Part shown: positions 36,048 through 45,401 of the stretch, piece after piece
Layout of the letters: each line of letters begins with the position of its first letter
Numbering within the stretch: position 1 is the stretch's first letter
Origin: a virus
DNA: 64,000 bases
Virus record (IMG/VR): IMGVR_UViG_3300020601_000007
Location: 46,124-110,123 of that record
Reading direction: 5' to 3' (one strand)
The notes under the pieces: model-generated
The model's input: the letters and a program-made list of their open reading frames with translations, nothing else
The model's database searches: none
Told to the model about the DNA's origin: nothing
Translations under genes and position numbers: made by a program

Positions 36048-39000
36048 TCTTCTTCACCTTCCCCTTCAAAGACCATGAACGCGTCAAATGGGCGAATGAC
36101 GCCCCGCTCTGAACGGGCGATGCTCTTCTTGCTCTTGGAGTCTTCCGTGTGTTCGGGGTTGGCAAGCACCCTGCGACGACTTTCATTACGCTTCTCATTG
36201 TCGGCTTTCGAGTCAAGGGCAAGGCGTGCAAATTGAGACGCGATGTTTTCTGCCTGCTGGTCATAGAACGTTGCATCGAACTCCTCGTCGGGGAGTTCAC
36301 CAACAGGAACGGGGAAGGATTGGAAGGAACGCTGGTCAAGGTTTGCGAGTGCTGCCACTTCGCCATCACGGGCCTTCTGCTCCTCATCCACCATGTAGTC
36401 CATCAGCAATTGATTGTGGTAGCGCACTTCTTCACGGTTTTTGTCGCTGACAACGCCACCGATGTTCGGTCCCTCTTCATCGTAAATGGCATCGTCACTA
36501 CCAAGCGCAAATCCGGGGATGTCGAGGAAGTAAGCGATTCCATCCTTGTCCTTGGGGAAACGAATTTTTTGCGGGTCGTAGTGCAATCCCCACTTCCCCT
36601 CTTCTGACTGCAATTGGTCTGCGAACTCCTGCTTCAGCGTCAACCAATCATCAGGGGCGGATGTCCGGCCACCTTGCTTGCCTGCTGGTTGCACCGGTTT
36701 GTGCCCGATAGGTGTCTCTTCAAAGACAAGGCCCGGATGTTCTGGGAGCATGAAAGGGCGTCGGCCACCACTGACCCAACGGGGTCCGGCAGCATATCCG
36801 TAGAAAGGATTCGGCATAACGGACGTTAGACCTGTTTTTGAGACAAAAAGTGGTGTCGCTGCGCTGGGAGAATCATCTGGAGAAACCATCAAAGCAGGAT
36901 TGACCATAGGGTCAGCCCTCACACCGATTTTGAATCCACCCGCTCCGTCACCTTGACGGAACGAATAGTCGGCTGAATCCTCTATGTCCTTATCGTAGCG
37001 AACACGAAGGAAGTTCGCTGGGCCGACCAGTTTGCGGACATACCGTTCGCTTTTCGTGACCGAAAGCCCCATCTGAAAACCGGTATGCCCCCGGGTTGGT
37101 TTGCGAAGAAGCGTAGGACCGGCGATGGACCGCCTGTTGGATAACTTCTGGAAATCAACCTCAACAATCACCCGAGGGTCGACAATTTGAATGTCGGGGT
37201 ATCGCTCTTCCAAACCCGGGTTGCGGACAGCGTGCTCGAATTGCCCGTATTCACCGGTCTGCTCACCTAAAACCTCCTTGAACAACTTCTTTCCTTCCTC
37301 ATGAGGGATGTTGATGGCCCGACCGACTGGAACAAAGGCCATCCCCTCGTTTGTTTTCTTGGAAACACCAATCAAAATGGAGGCGAGGCGTGGCTTCTTA
37401 TCCTGCCAGACCTTTCCCTTGTAAATGCCCATGATGACGCCGTCGATGGTGTATTTGCGCTTGACCTTGTATCGACGGTCGCCTGCGTAGACAATGAGGC
37501 CTTCATTCATTCGTTCCTGCACTTGAGAACGCCAGATGGCTTGAACTGTCGCCTCGTAATCGTCCTCAACAACAGTCGGGTCAACGCATCGAATGCGGTC
37601 TCCTTCCAAGTCTGCGGCCTTCATGATGCGCTCCTCGAAGGGCAGAGAGGAAACATCCTTTCCGTCAACAGAAAGCACATCGACGATAACTGCCTTCAGT
37701 CGGCGGAAGGTGGTAGGGTCGTGGTTGTCTGTTCCCGTTGCGAGAATTGAGCGAGACTCTTCATTACCCATCACACGTCCATTTCCATCTACTACGATGG
37801 ACTCCACAACCACCTCGATACTGTCCACATCGTTGTCCTGACAGATGCGCTCGAACTCACGGGTCAGGTAATTGTCCCACCCGATAACGCCACCTCTTGC
37901 AGTCACCATGACGCTTCGCTCGACATCCATCCCTGCTCGGCTTGCACCTTTTCGTGAATCGAGGCGCTTCCCATGAACTTTGAAGCCACCCCTTTTGTTG
38001 AATGCAAGGAGCCCGACATTACCGTCATATTTCGGTGTCACGACAAGCCGGGGGTGTTGAAGAAGTTCATTCCCGATGTCCCGGTATCGGATGCCACCGG
38101 AACCACCTGTCCAAGGCTGCTTTTTCCATGCTTGCAGTTTGACAACCAGTGGGTTCTCCTTGTCTGGGTTATCGGTAGGAATGCGGAAGCAGGGGGGTGC
38201 AGCCTCCGTCTCCTCAAAACCATCTCCGACTTCAGCGGAAATGAACCAAGCGTCAGCCATCCCTTTCAGTCGTTCAAAGTCGCGCATCACAGCGACAGGA
38301 TGGGCTTCTTGCGGGTTGAACTTCTTCACTCGGTCAAGCGCAACCGGGATTGCGCAATAACCAGTGGAATCCTCAAGAGCAGGCTTGTAGTGCATGCCGA
38401 AGAGCATTCGTGTCATCGTTTTGCCACTCATTGGGCTCTTGTCAACGAAAGGCACCCGACGAGTGATGGCTTCTTCTCGGTTGAATGCTACGTCCGGCGT
38501 TGCTTTCATGATGGCGCTGTATGTGTAATCCCAGCACTCCTGCACCGTCTCAAAGGTCATTGGTTTGGTAGCGAACCAGATGTGAAAGGTCTTGCCTGTG
38601 AACAAAACGAGCGTTGAGTGGATGAGGCTGAGTCGCTTTGCGATGTCGTAAGTCACCCGAGCAAGTTCATCAAATGGCATTTCTGCCGGATTGTCAAGGT
38701 CAATGACGCCGACCTTTGGGTGGTTCCCTGAGGGATTGGGGCGCCACCAAATGTCCCGCAGGCCTTTGTTTGACCCACCGTGCTTTCCCATTCCTGTTCC
38801 GTAACTGGTTGCGTCGATGTATTCCCGAATCTCCTTCTCAGAGTGAAGCGTGAACCGCTGGCTGGTCATAACCTGAGCGTTGCGGAACAACACCGCTTGC
38901 AGTTCGTGATGCATCGTCTTGCGAAGACGGAATGGGAGCGTCAGTTGATTGTAGCGGTAAGCCATCGCCTTCATGCTTTCATGGAGCATCTGCTCCTCAT

Positions 39001-39355
39001 TGGTGGAAGGAACGATTGGCTTCGGGTCGAAGTTATCCACTGGAACCCCGAAGGACTTGTGCTCACGAAGGAAGGCTTCGTGAAGGACGGGGCGAATCTC
39101 GTCAATGTTTTCCTTGGTGGTCTTCTTTGTGTCGATGACGTAAAGCGGTTTGCCCGTTTGCTTGTCCCGATAGTTGGCACCACGGAAAACAGTCGTCTTT
39201 GCGTCCCACGAGACCGTCCCCATTTGGAACATGGTCTGCTTGAAGAACTTGACCATGAACTCTTCAATGTCAGCACGGGAAGGCTTGAGCCCTGCTGTGG
39301 CGAATTCATTGGCGTATTTTGAGAACTGGAACAACAGTCCGTCGTATTTGCTCAC
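36044..39355 (-). CDS. LigD-like fusion: AEP primase-polymerase-like domain plus ATP-dependent DNA ligase with OB fold, 1103 aa
   Basis: VIDLD..TG.KTFHIW (AEP-like); PKYDG, EGLIV, YKVK, IVEVDF, FLRVRYDK (ligase). Confidence 0.8.
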   Translation of the reverse strand: MSKYDGLLFQFSKYANEFATAGLKPSRADIEEFMVKFFKQTMFQMGTVSWDAKTTVFRGANYRDKQTGKPLYVIDTKKTTKENIDEIRPVLHEAFLREHKSFGVPVDNFDPKPIVPSTNEEQMLHESMKAMAYRYNQLTLPFRLRKTMHHELQAVLFRNAQVMTSQRFTLHSEKEIREYIDATSYGTGMGKHGGSNKGLRDIWWRPNPSGNHPKVGVIDLDNPAEMPFDELARVTYDIAKRLSLIHSTLVLFTGKTFHIWFATKPMTFETVQECWDYTYSAIMKATPDVAFNREEAITRRVPFVDKSPMSGKTMTRMLFGMHYKPALEDSTGYCAIPVALDRVKKFNPQEAHPVAVMRDFERLKGMADAWFISAEVGDGFEETEAAPPCFRIPTDNPDKENPLVVKLQAWKKQPWTGGSGGIRYRDIGNELLQHPRLVVTPKYDGNVGLLAFNKRGGFKVHGKRLDSRKGASRAGMDVERSVMVTARGGVIGWDNYLTREFERICQDNDVDSIEVVVESIVVDGNGRVMGNEESRSILATGTDNHDPTTFRRLKAVIVDVLSVDGKDVSSLPFEERIMKAADLEGDRIRCVDPTVVEDDYEATVQAIWRSQVQERMNEGLIVYAGDRRYKVKRKYTIDGVIMGIYKGKVWQDKKPRLASILIGVSKKTNEGMAFVPVGRAINIPHEEGKKLFKEVLGEQTGEYGQFEHAVRNPGLEERYPDIQIVDPRVIVEVDFQKLSNRRSIAGPTLLRKPTRGHTGFQMGLSVTKSERYVRKLVGPANFLRVRYDKDIEDSADYSFRQGDGAGGFKIGVRADPMVNPALMVSPDDSPSAATPLFVSKTGLTSVMPNPFYGYAAGPRWVSGGRRPFMLPEHPGLVFEETPIGHKPVQPAGKQGGRTSAPDDWLTLKQEFADQLQSEEGKWGLHYDPQKIRFPKDKDGIAYFLDIPGFALGSDDAIYDEEGPNIGGVVSDKNREEVRYHNQLLMDYMVDEEQKARDGEVAALANLDQRSFQSFPVPVGELPDEEFDATFYDQQAENIASQFARLALDSKADNEKRNESRRRVLANPEHTEDSKSKKSIARSERGVIRPFDAFMVFEGEGEEE

Positions 39356-42036
39356 GGTGGAACCTCCGTCTGCAAAATCGGCGGGGCCTGTGGGGGAGCA
39401 ATCGCTGGTTCGGCTGGAACAGTGAAGCCCTCTGCTGCCGTTGCACGGGCAGCAATACGAGCCCGAATGTCAGCGTTCAGTTGGGTCGCCACGAACTGCT
39501 GGGTTTGAGCAGCGGGGATAATGATGTAGTCTCGGAGGATTTCAGTCGCTACCGCAAGAGCAGGGAAAGTGACCGTTCCGATGGCCTTCATTTTGAGATG
39601 CTTCTTGATGTCAGTGATGAACATCTCTTCAACCTGCTGTATGTCTGCCGTGTTGTCAATACGCATACGGTCGACAGCCGTGCTGAACGCTGCAAGGAAC
39701 ATGGTGTTGCTATCGTAAAGGCCACTGATGAAATCAAGGTAGGTGTTCAGGTCATTGGCGCCACCGGGAGGAATCGTTGGGATACCTGCCAGATACGTGG
39801 CTTGGGCTAAACCGGGCAGCATCGGACCCATAACGGGCGCTGTCAATCGGTTCACTTCTTCTTGCAGGACCTGAATGATTTGCTCGTCAGTGACATCCAA
39901 GTTCCTCAGCGAGAGGATGGAGGCACGCACCATGTTCCACGCCTCTTTGACAGCACCAGACATGGACTCGCGTGCACTTTTGATTTTCTTGGCTTTGTTG
40001 TTCCCACTTGGCCCCGCTGGACCAAACGGCTGCTCGTAAAGGAAACCACGGTTGGCCCCAACAAGAAGGGAAGCGAACCACTCGTTGAACTGTCGAGAAT
40101 ATTCGAGGTAGGCGTCGCGCAGCAAGGGAGATTCCAACTTCAATTCAATGTCCTTCATTTCAAGGTTGAATGTCATCTGGGGGGCGACCCCTGCGGGGAA
40201 AGCAGCCGCAGGTGGAACGAGAACGGCTCGGGTGGGGAGTTTGTTCTGGGACATCGCTGGGATGAGAGCAGGATTCAGGTGCTTTGACACAATCTGCGAA
40301 TACCACTGAATCTCAGCAAGGGCGAAGTTGTCGTCCTTGAACAGGTTTTCCAATGTCTTGCGCAGCCCTTTCTTTTTGTGCCACATGTTGGCGAAGAACG
40401 CGGTGGTGTGGTCTGTGCGTGCATCAATGAACCAGTCTCCAAAGAACTTCGACCCATCGCCCGTTTGATTGCGCACGCCACCTATTCCTGCGGTGGCACC
40501 TGCTGCGAGAGGAGGAGCGCCCCGTGGCCGAGGAATGGAATAGATACCGCTGTTTGGTGGGCTGTTTGTCCCATCGTAATCTCGGAAATGTTCCTTGGTA
40601 AAGCGGCTGTGATTGATTTTTGACAAAGCGAGCGTGTTCATGTGCTCGATGTAAATGAAAGCGTCAACGACACGTTCAAACAGAGCAAGAGCAGCACTGT
40701 TTCGCAAGTCTGCTGATTGCCTCAGGTCCGGCTGACCCACTGGAACGAAGGTGTTGGAAACGAGAACAGCCCTGTAAATGTAGTCAGGGTCGACTGTGCT
40801 TGCCACATCCACGACTGGTTTGTTGTCGCGGCGGCCAGTGCGAGTGACCCGCCAAGTCCCCTCCCTGACGGCTTGAAGGGGGTCAGGCTGGTTTGCGGGC
40901 GGCTTCCAAGTGGCAGGAGGGACTGCACGAACTCGATTGCCTTGCTGACGAGCAGGACGCACTCTGTTCGTTTCCAGAATACCAAGGACCTGCCCAATGG
41001 GCATTTTCGCATCAAGGCGGTCAAGAAGCGGTTTGAGGAATTGCTTGATGGAATTGCGGAACTTGTCCGGCTCGATGTCTTTGAAATCCTCAAGTTCACC
41101 CTCGTATTGAACAGAAAGCGTGTTGGTCGCTTGCCTTGTCTTGGGGAACTGGTTGACACCCGGACCTTGGTATCCGGGTTGACCGAAATTAGCGTGGCGG
41201 CTGTGAAGACGAGACTCAACGTTTGCGTTGTCGAGCATGGCGTCGAGTTCCGCCTCACCTGCTGGCGCAGCGATGACACTCTCCCAAAGTTGGAAAAAAT
41301 TGTATTTCGTGACACCACCGTCAACAAACGTGTCGAAAATGTTCGTCCTGTTTCGGTCTGCGCCCCGTGGACCGGGTTGCTTTTGGTCAAACGTGAGCAA
41401 AGTGACAGCCATCCACTCGACGATGTCGTTTGGTGTGGCGAGACCGAGGCGAATGTTGTCAACCATCATACGGGCCAAAGAGGGGAGAAGGAAATAGACA
41501 CTTTGTCCGCCTTGACGCAAGTCTGCTTGAAGGGGGGCCGCTGCCTCAAAAACAGAGCCACCGGGGTCTTCTCTCATCCGGAGTTCATCTGGCCTCTTGT
41601 TGAAATTACCGGCCAATACACCGAACCATGCTGGCCCTGCGTCGTCACGCTGGAAGAAGGTGGCGAAATGGGGGTGTCCAAACGCGTCCTGAGGCCTTGC
41701 CCCTACGCGCGTGTGTTTGATTGGTGGATAAATTCTTTGGAATGGCAACTCGTCAAGCCCCGCCTCAAGGAATCTGAAAATCCTATTGGTAGTGAAAGCA
41801 CCCAACGTTGGGACGTTGTCTTCGTTGGTGAAATATTCGCCCTGTAAGTGGTGGGTCAACATGAACCCGGGCTCAATCTGGTGTGAACCGGGAAATCCCC
41901 GTGGAGGAGGCTGGAACGAGCGACGGAAGCGCTCGTAGTGGTTCTTAACCCACCTGCGGATGGACGGGCGTGCGACTCGAAGGAACCCTTTCACACCGTT
42001 GTCATTGGGTGCAGTCAGAAACACGGATGGGTCCAT
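39352..42036 (-). CDS. Large hypothetical virion-associated protein, 894 aa
   Basis: Long ORF coupled to its neighbours; GGAGG RBS. Confidence 0.75.
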   Translation of the reverse strand: MDPSVFLTAPNDNGVKGFLRVARPSIRRWVKNHYERFRRSFQPPPRGFPGSHQIEPGFMLTHHLQGEYFTNEDNVPTLGAFTTNRIFRFLEAGLDELPFQRIYPPIKHTRVGARPQDAFGHPHFATFFQRDDAGPAWFGVLAGNFNKRPDELRMREDPGGSVFEAAAPLQADLRQGGQSVYFLLPSLARMMVDNIRLGLATPNDIVEWMAVTLLTFDQKQPGPRGADRNRTNIFDTFVDGGVTKYNFFQLWESVIAAPAGEAELDAMLDNANVESRLHSRHANFGQPGYQGPGVNQFPKTRQATNTLSVQYEGELEDFKDIEPDKFRNSIKQFLKPLLDRLDAKMPIGQVLGILETNRVRPARQQGNRVRAVPPATWKPPANQPDPLQAVREGTWRVTRTGRRDNKPVVDVASTVDPDYIYRAVLVSNTFVPVGQPDLRQSADLRNSAALALFERVVDAFIYIEHMNTLALSKINHSRFTKEHFRDYDGTNSPPNSGIYSIPRPRGAPPLAAGATAGIGGVRNQTGDGSKFFGDWFIDARTDHTTAFFANMWHKKKGLRKTLENLFKDDNFALAEIQWYSQIVSKHLNPALIPAMSQNKLPTRAVLVPPAAAFPAGVAPQMTFNLEMKDIELKLESPLLRDAYLEYSRQFNEWFASLLVGANRGFLYEQPFGPAGPSGNNKAKKIKSARESMSGAVKEAWNMVRASILSLRNLDVTDEQIIQVLQEEVNRLTAPVMGPMLPGLAQATYLAGIPTIPPGGANDLNTYLDFISGLYDSNTMFLAAFSTAVDRMRIDNTADIQQVEEMFITDIKKHLKMKAIGTVTFPALAVATEILRDYIIIPAAQTQQFVATQLNADIRARIAARATAAEGFTVPAEPAIAPPQAPPILQTEVPP

Positions 42037-42047
42037 TCATTCCTCCC

Positions 42048-42542
42048 TCACAACCGGTAAGCGAAGCGATACGTCGGGTAGGATTTCCCTTCCTTCGGTA
42101 TGCCGCCGGTTTGAGGTGGCAACACTTCGACAGTGAAGTCCACACGGTCAGCACCCATAGAGGTTGCGCCGTATTCGCTGGGTTCAACGAAGAACTCGCC
42201 CGTTTGACCGGGCGTCAGGGTGAATGTCCGGGTGTTGGCAGTGACTGTCGCACCAGACTTCTTGGAATTGTAGGTGATGCGGACGACGGAGCCGTTGTTG
42301 CTATCATCCCTGAAGCGCAACTGAATACCCATCGCTGAACCGTGGTAGGTGCCACCGTTCGCAACATTCGCTTCTGTCACCTGATTTGTGCTTTTGTTGT
42401 AGTAAGTGATGCGGAGAGAGGAAATGTTCGGAGCAGGATTGCTGATGACCCGCTGCCCTCCATACAGGAAGAGTGCTGCAACGGCAGCAATACCGAGCAG
42501 TTGCTTGTTTCGCTTTTTCTTTGATGGGCCAAATGGATACAT
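42048..42542 (-). CDS. TM-anchored beta-sandwich protein
   Basis: Basic N-terminus, TM, ISNP, then beta strands; GAGGTGA RBS. Confidence 0.65.
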   Translation of the reverse strand: MYPFGPSKKKRNKQLLGIAAVAALFLYGGQRVISNPAPNISSLRITYYNKSTNQVTEANVANGGTYHGSAMGIQLRFRDDSNNGSVVRITYNSKKSGATVTANTRTFTLTPGQTGEFFVEPSEYGATSMGADRVDFTVEVLPPQTGGIPKEGKSYPTYRFAYRL

Positions 42543-42551
42543 GTCATCACC

Positions 42552-42902
42552 TCAATATCGGTATCGGTATTGCCACGGAATGAATCCTTCACCCGGGCTG
42601 ATTTCTTTCTTGAACAGGTCGGTCTTTCGCTCCAGCGTGTCGATGGCCGACTTCGCCAGCAACATGAAGCCAAGGACAGTTGAGAGCGTGTTGAGTTCGC
42701 TCCATGTTGACTTCTTCAACCCAAAGCGGGATGCTTTGACGAGTTTGGATGACTTCCCGTATCCAAACACACCTTTGCTCCCGACAGTGTCCAAAGCACC
42801 CCGTGCTGCGGTAGCAACGACGACGCCAAGGGATGCGAGTTCGATTTTGTCCCACGTTTTGACAGGGACGCCGAAGTAGGTCTGTCGCTTCTCCGCTGCC
42901 AT
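42552..42902 (-). CDS. Two-TM membrane protein
   Basis: GAGGTGGG RBS; two hydrophobic helices. Confidence 0.65.
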   Translation of the reverse strand: MAAEKRQTYFGVPVKTWDKIELASLGVVVATAARGALDTVGSKGVFGYGKSSKLVKASRFGLKKSTWSELNTLSTVLGFMLLAKSAIDTLERKTDLFKKEISPGEGFIPWQYRYRY

Positions 42903-42911
42903 TCACCCACC

Positions 42912-45401
42912 TCAATCAATCAACCATGCTTTGCCGTCTCGCATACCGATTTTCATGCTCCCGCCTTTGATGATGAGCATCGGCTCACCACTTTCAGGCA
43001 TCGTTGCATACAGCGTCGGGAAGTTGCCATCCTTTGACTCCTCGTTCATTTCGTGGATGAACTTTTGCTCCTCGTCACCGTTTTCCTTGGGCGACTTGTA
43101 GCCAATGGTCCAGCACTCTCCCAGTGAATACCAAACATCACCGACGTCAATTTTCTCAGTCGTGATTTCGTCCGGGGTCTTGCCACCGTGGAACTTCTTG
43201 TAAGCGTCTTTGGCCTTCTTGACCTTTGCAGGCTTCGCAGGGTTCTTCTTCACCCCGCCACGAAGTTTGATTGCATCAGCATTCGCAACGATGGTGATTG
43301 TTGCGGAACCCTGAATGATTTCGTAGTCCATTTTTAGGTTGGCGACTGCGTTGCCACCGAGGGCCTTTGCGTTATCAGAGAGTTCCTTTTGCATTGACGC
43401 AATACCCAACGCCAGACGCTTTTCAGCCATTGACGTTCGGCCACCAATGAGCCCTCGGTAGATGGCCTGAACCACTTCACCGACGTCTTTCACAACGTTC
43501 CTGCCAATCACAACTTCAGCGAATATCGCACCGAGGTTCTTGGTCATGGCTTTCGGTTCACCCGAATAGATGGGAACAATACCAGACGGGTTGTCAATCG
43601 GGTTCCACGTCTTCGTCACCGAGTTCACGCCACGCTGACCGTATTCCTCTTTGACGTAGCGAAGAGCCACAGCAGAACGCTGGGAGTTGTCAGGGAACTC
43701 TTCGTTCATCATTTTGTTGCCCATGAGGCGGTCGAAATATTTCTTCGCTGATTCACGGCGCTTCTTCCCGGTCTTCTTGCTGGTCTGGCGACGGGGCTTC
43801 GGGGGAGGATTGCTGAGTGTGGGAATCCTCATGCCTGATTTGAGGATAGGTTGCAGTGGAGCCGAACCATCTGTCCGTTCTGGAATCGTGTTTCCGGCTT
43901 GAATCCACGCCTCCAGTTCTTCGAGTGAAGTCCAATCGGGGATGCTGAATCCCCAGTGGTTAATGGAATGCTCTCGACTGTAATTCTGCAAACCTTCCCA
44001 TTGATGGGTTTTCAACATCGTGTTTCCAATTTCAAATGGATATGGATTGAGTTCCAACGACTCTGGCCCGATGTTCCAAGTAAAAACTTGGTGTTGCCCG
44101 TTTCGGTCATAGTGCAGACTCCCGTCTGGGTTCAAGGGGGAAATCCGCATCTGGAACGATTCCTGTCGATAAGGGTGCTTCTTGTTGTATTGGTTGAAGA
44201 TTGAGAACTGCTCAAGCAGCAGATTACCGAGGCCCCCTTGAGCGACTGACAGGGCAATTGAGTTTGGAGTCGAATACACCCCCACTCGGGGATTCTCCAT
44301 AACGGCGCTCGGGCCGTAGGTGACACAGGGGTTCTTCCCGCAACCACAGTTGGGGTTGCTGAGTGAAGGGCTGGAATCGAACGGAGTCACCTTGATGGCG
44401 TTGCCGGGACGGAGTGGGTCATCTCCGCCAAAGTCATCGCCCACTTTTCGGAAGTAAATGCTGCCATAAGGATTCCACTGCATACCTCGTGATTCATCCC
44501 CTTTGTGTTGGACAAAAACCACCTCGATACCGACGCCGTGAACACGCTCAAGGTGTTCTTTGGTCTCCATAATCAACGGCTTTCTTTCTGTCTGAAAATA
44601 TTCCAAGACGCCTGCTGCGGGCAAGTATGCTGGGTAAATCCCACCCGGAGTGTAACTTTGGCCCATCTGGTATTCAATCAAAAATGCACGGGGGAGTGAT
44701 TCGGCATAGTAACTGGGAACCTCTTCGGGTTTGATTGCGTTCCAAAATTTGCGCTTCGATGGATTCGTCAGCGTGTAAGGACCCGGCGTCGGTGCAGGAT
44801 GGAGGCCTGAGAGCGTGTATGACCCGGGCGTTGGTTCAGGTGCAAGGTAGGGGTTCTTGCTGTCGCCGATGTAGTCGTTGACCGTTGCATAAACACCCGG
44901 AACGTCCATTTCCTTTGCAGCGGCAGCAGAACTGCTCCCGAAGGAGAACACGATGTCGTAGCGGTTGCCCAAGGAACGGATGTTCTTTGCAGCATCGCCC
45001 ATCAGCACGAGCGGTCCTGAACTGTCTGCCGTCACTGGGTATCCAAGTTGGCGTAGGCGGTCCTGAAGTCGGAACTGGTATGAGTCTTCGAGGGAACTGA
45101 TGAAAGCAATCACATGGTTCTTCCGCCCCAATTTGTTGACGAAGTCTTTGACACCCGTGCGAGAGACTGCCTTCTCAAGGTTGTTTGCCACCTCGCGCTC
45201 AAACCGCTTTCCAGACAGTCCCTTGCGACGAGCGATGCGCTCACCCGCTGAGTTGCTGAGAAGAGCCTCTTCCACATGGAAGACTGCCATTTTCCCCTTG
45301 CTCAAAGCATGATTTGGGTTGCTCTTTGGCAGGTTAGCACCACAGACAATGCAAAACACCACGCCGTCGGCGTTGTCAGCGTTGCAGGATGGGCACTCCA
45401 T
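42912..45401 (-). CDS. NP-punctuated multidomain protein (829 aa): zinc ribbon, degenerate HAD-like domain, shared module, YbjQ/UPF0145 domain, C-terminal FHG domain
   Basis: CPSC..FCIVCG; GRNVVKD..GLIGG..AKALGGNAVANLKMDY (YbjQ); about ten NP motifs. Confidence 0.8.
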   Translation of the reverse strand: MECPSCNADNADGVVFCIVCGANLPKSNPNHALSKGKMAVFHVEEALLSNSAGERIARRKGLSGKRFEREVANNLEKAVSRTGVKDFVNKLGRKNHVIAFISSLEDSYQFRLQDRLRQLGYPVTADSSGPLVLMGDAAKNIRSLGNRYDIVFSFGSSSAAAAKEMDVPGVYATVNDYIGDSKNPYLAPEPTPGSYTLSGLHPAPTPGPYTLTNPSKRKFWNAIKPEEVPSYYAESLPRAFLIEYQMGQSYTPGGIYPAYLPAAGVLEYFQTERKPLIMETKEHLERVHGVGIEVVFVQHKGDESRGMQWNPYGSIYFRKVGDDFGGDDPLRPGNAIKVTPFDSSPSLSNPNCGCGKNPCVTYGPSAVMENPRVGVYSTPNSIALSVAQGGLGNLLLEQFSIFNQYNKKHPYRQESFQMRISPLNPDGSLHYDRNGQHQVFTWNIGPESLELNPYPFEIGNTMLKTHQWEGLQNYSREHSINHWGFSIPDWTSLEELEAWIQAGNTIPERTDGSAPLQPILKSGMRIPTLSNPPPKPRRQTSKKTGKKRRESAKKYFDRLMGNKMMNEEFPDNSQRSAVALRYVKEEYGQRGVNSVTKTWNPIDNPSGIVPIYSGEPKAMTKNLGAIFAEVVIGRNVVKDVGEVVQAIYRGLIGGRTSMAEKRLALGIASMQKELSDNAKALGGNAVANLKMDYEIIQGSATITIVANADAIKLRGGVKKNPAKPAKVKKAKDAYKKFHGGKTPDEITTEKIDVGDVWYSLGECWTIGYKSPKENGDEEQKFIHEMNEESKDGNFPTLYATMPESGEPMLIIKGGSMKIGMRDGKAWLID

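Noticed and set aside
8562-41847. Long plus-strand ORFs (8562..9566, 20558..21553, 26652..27692, 33912..34865, 40717..41847)
   Set aside because: Antisense shadows of motif-supported minus-strand genes, with no recognisable motifs.
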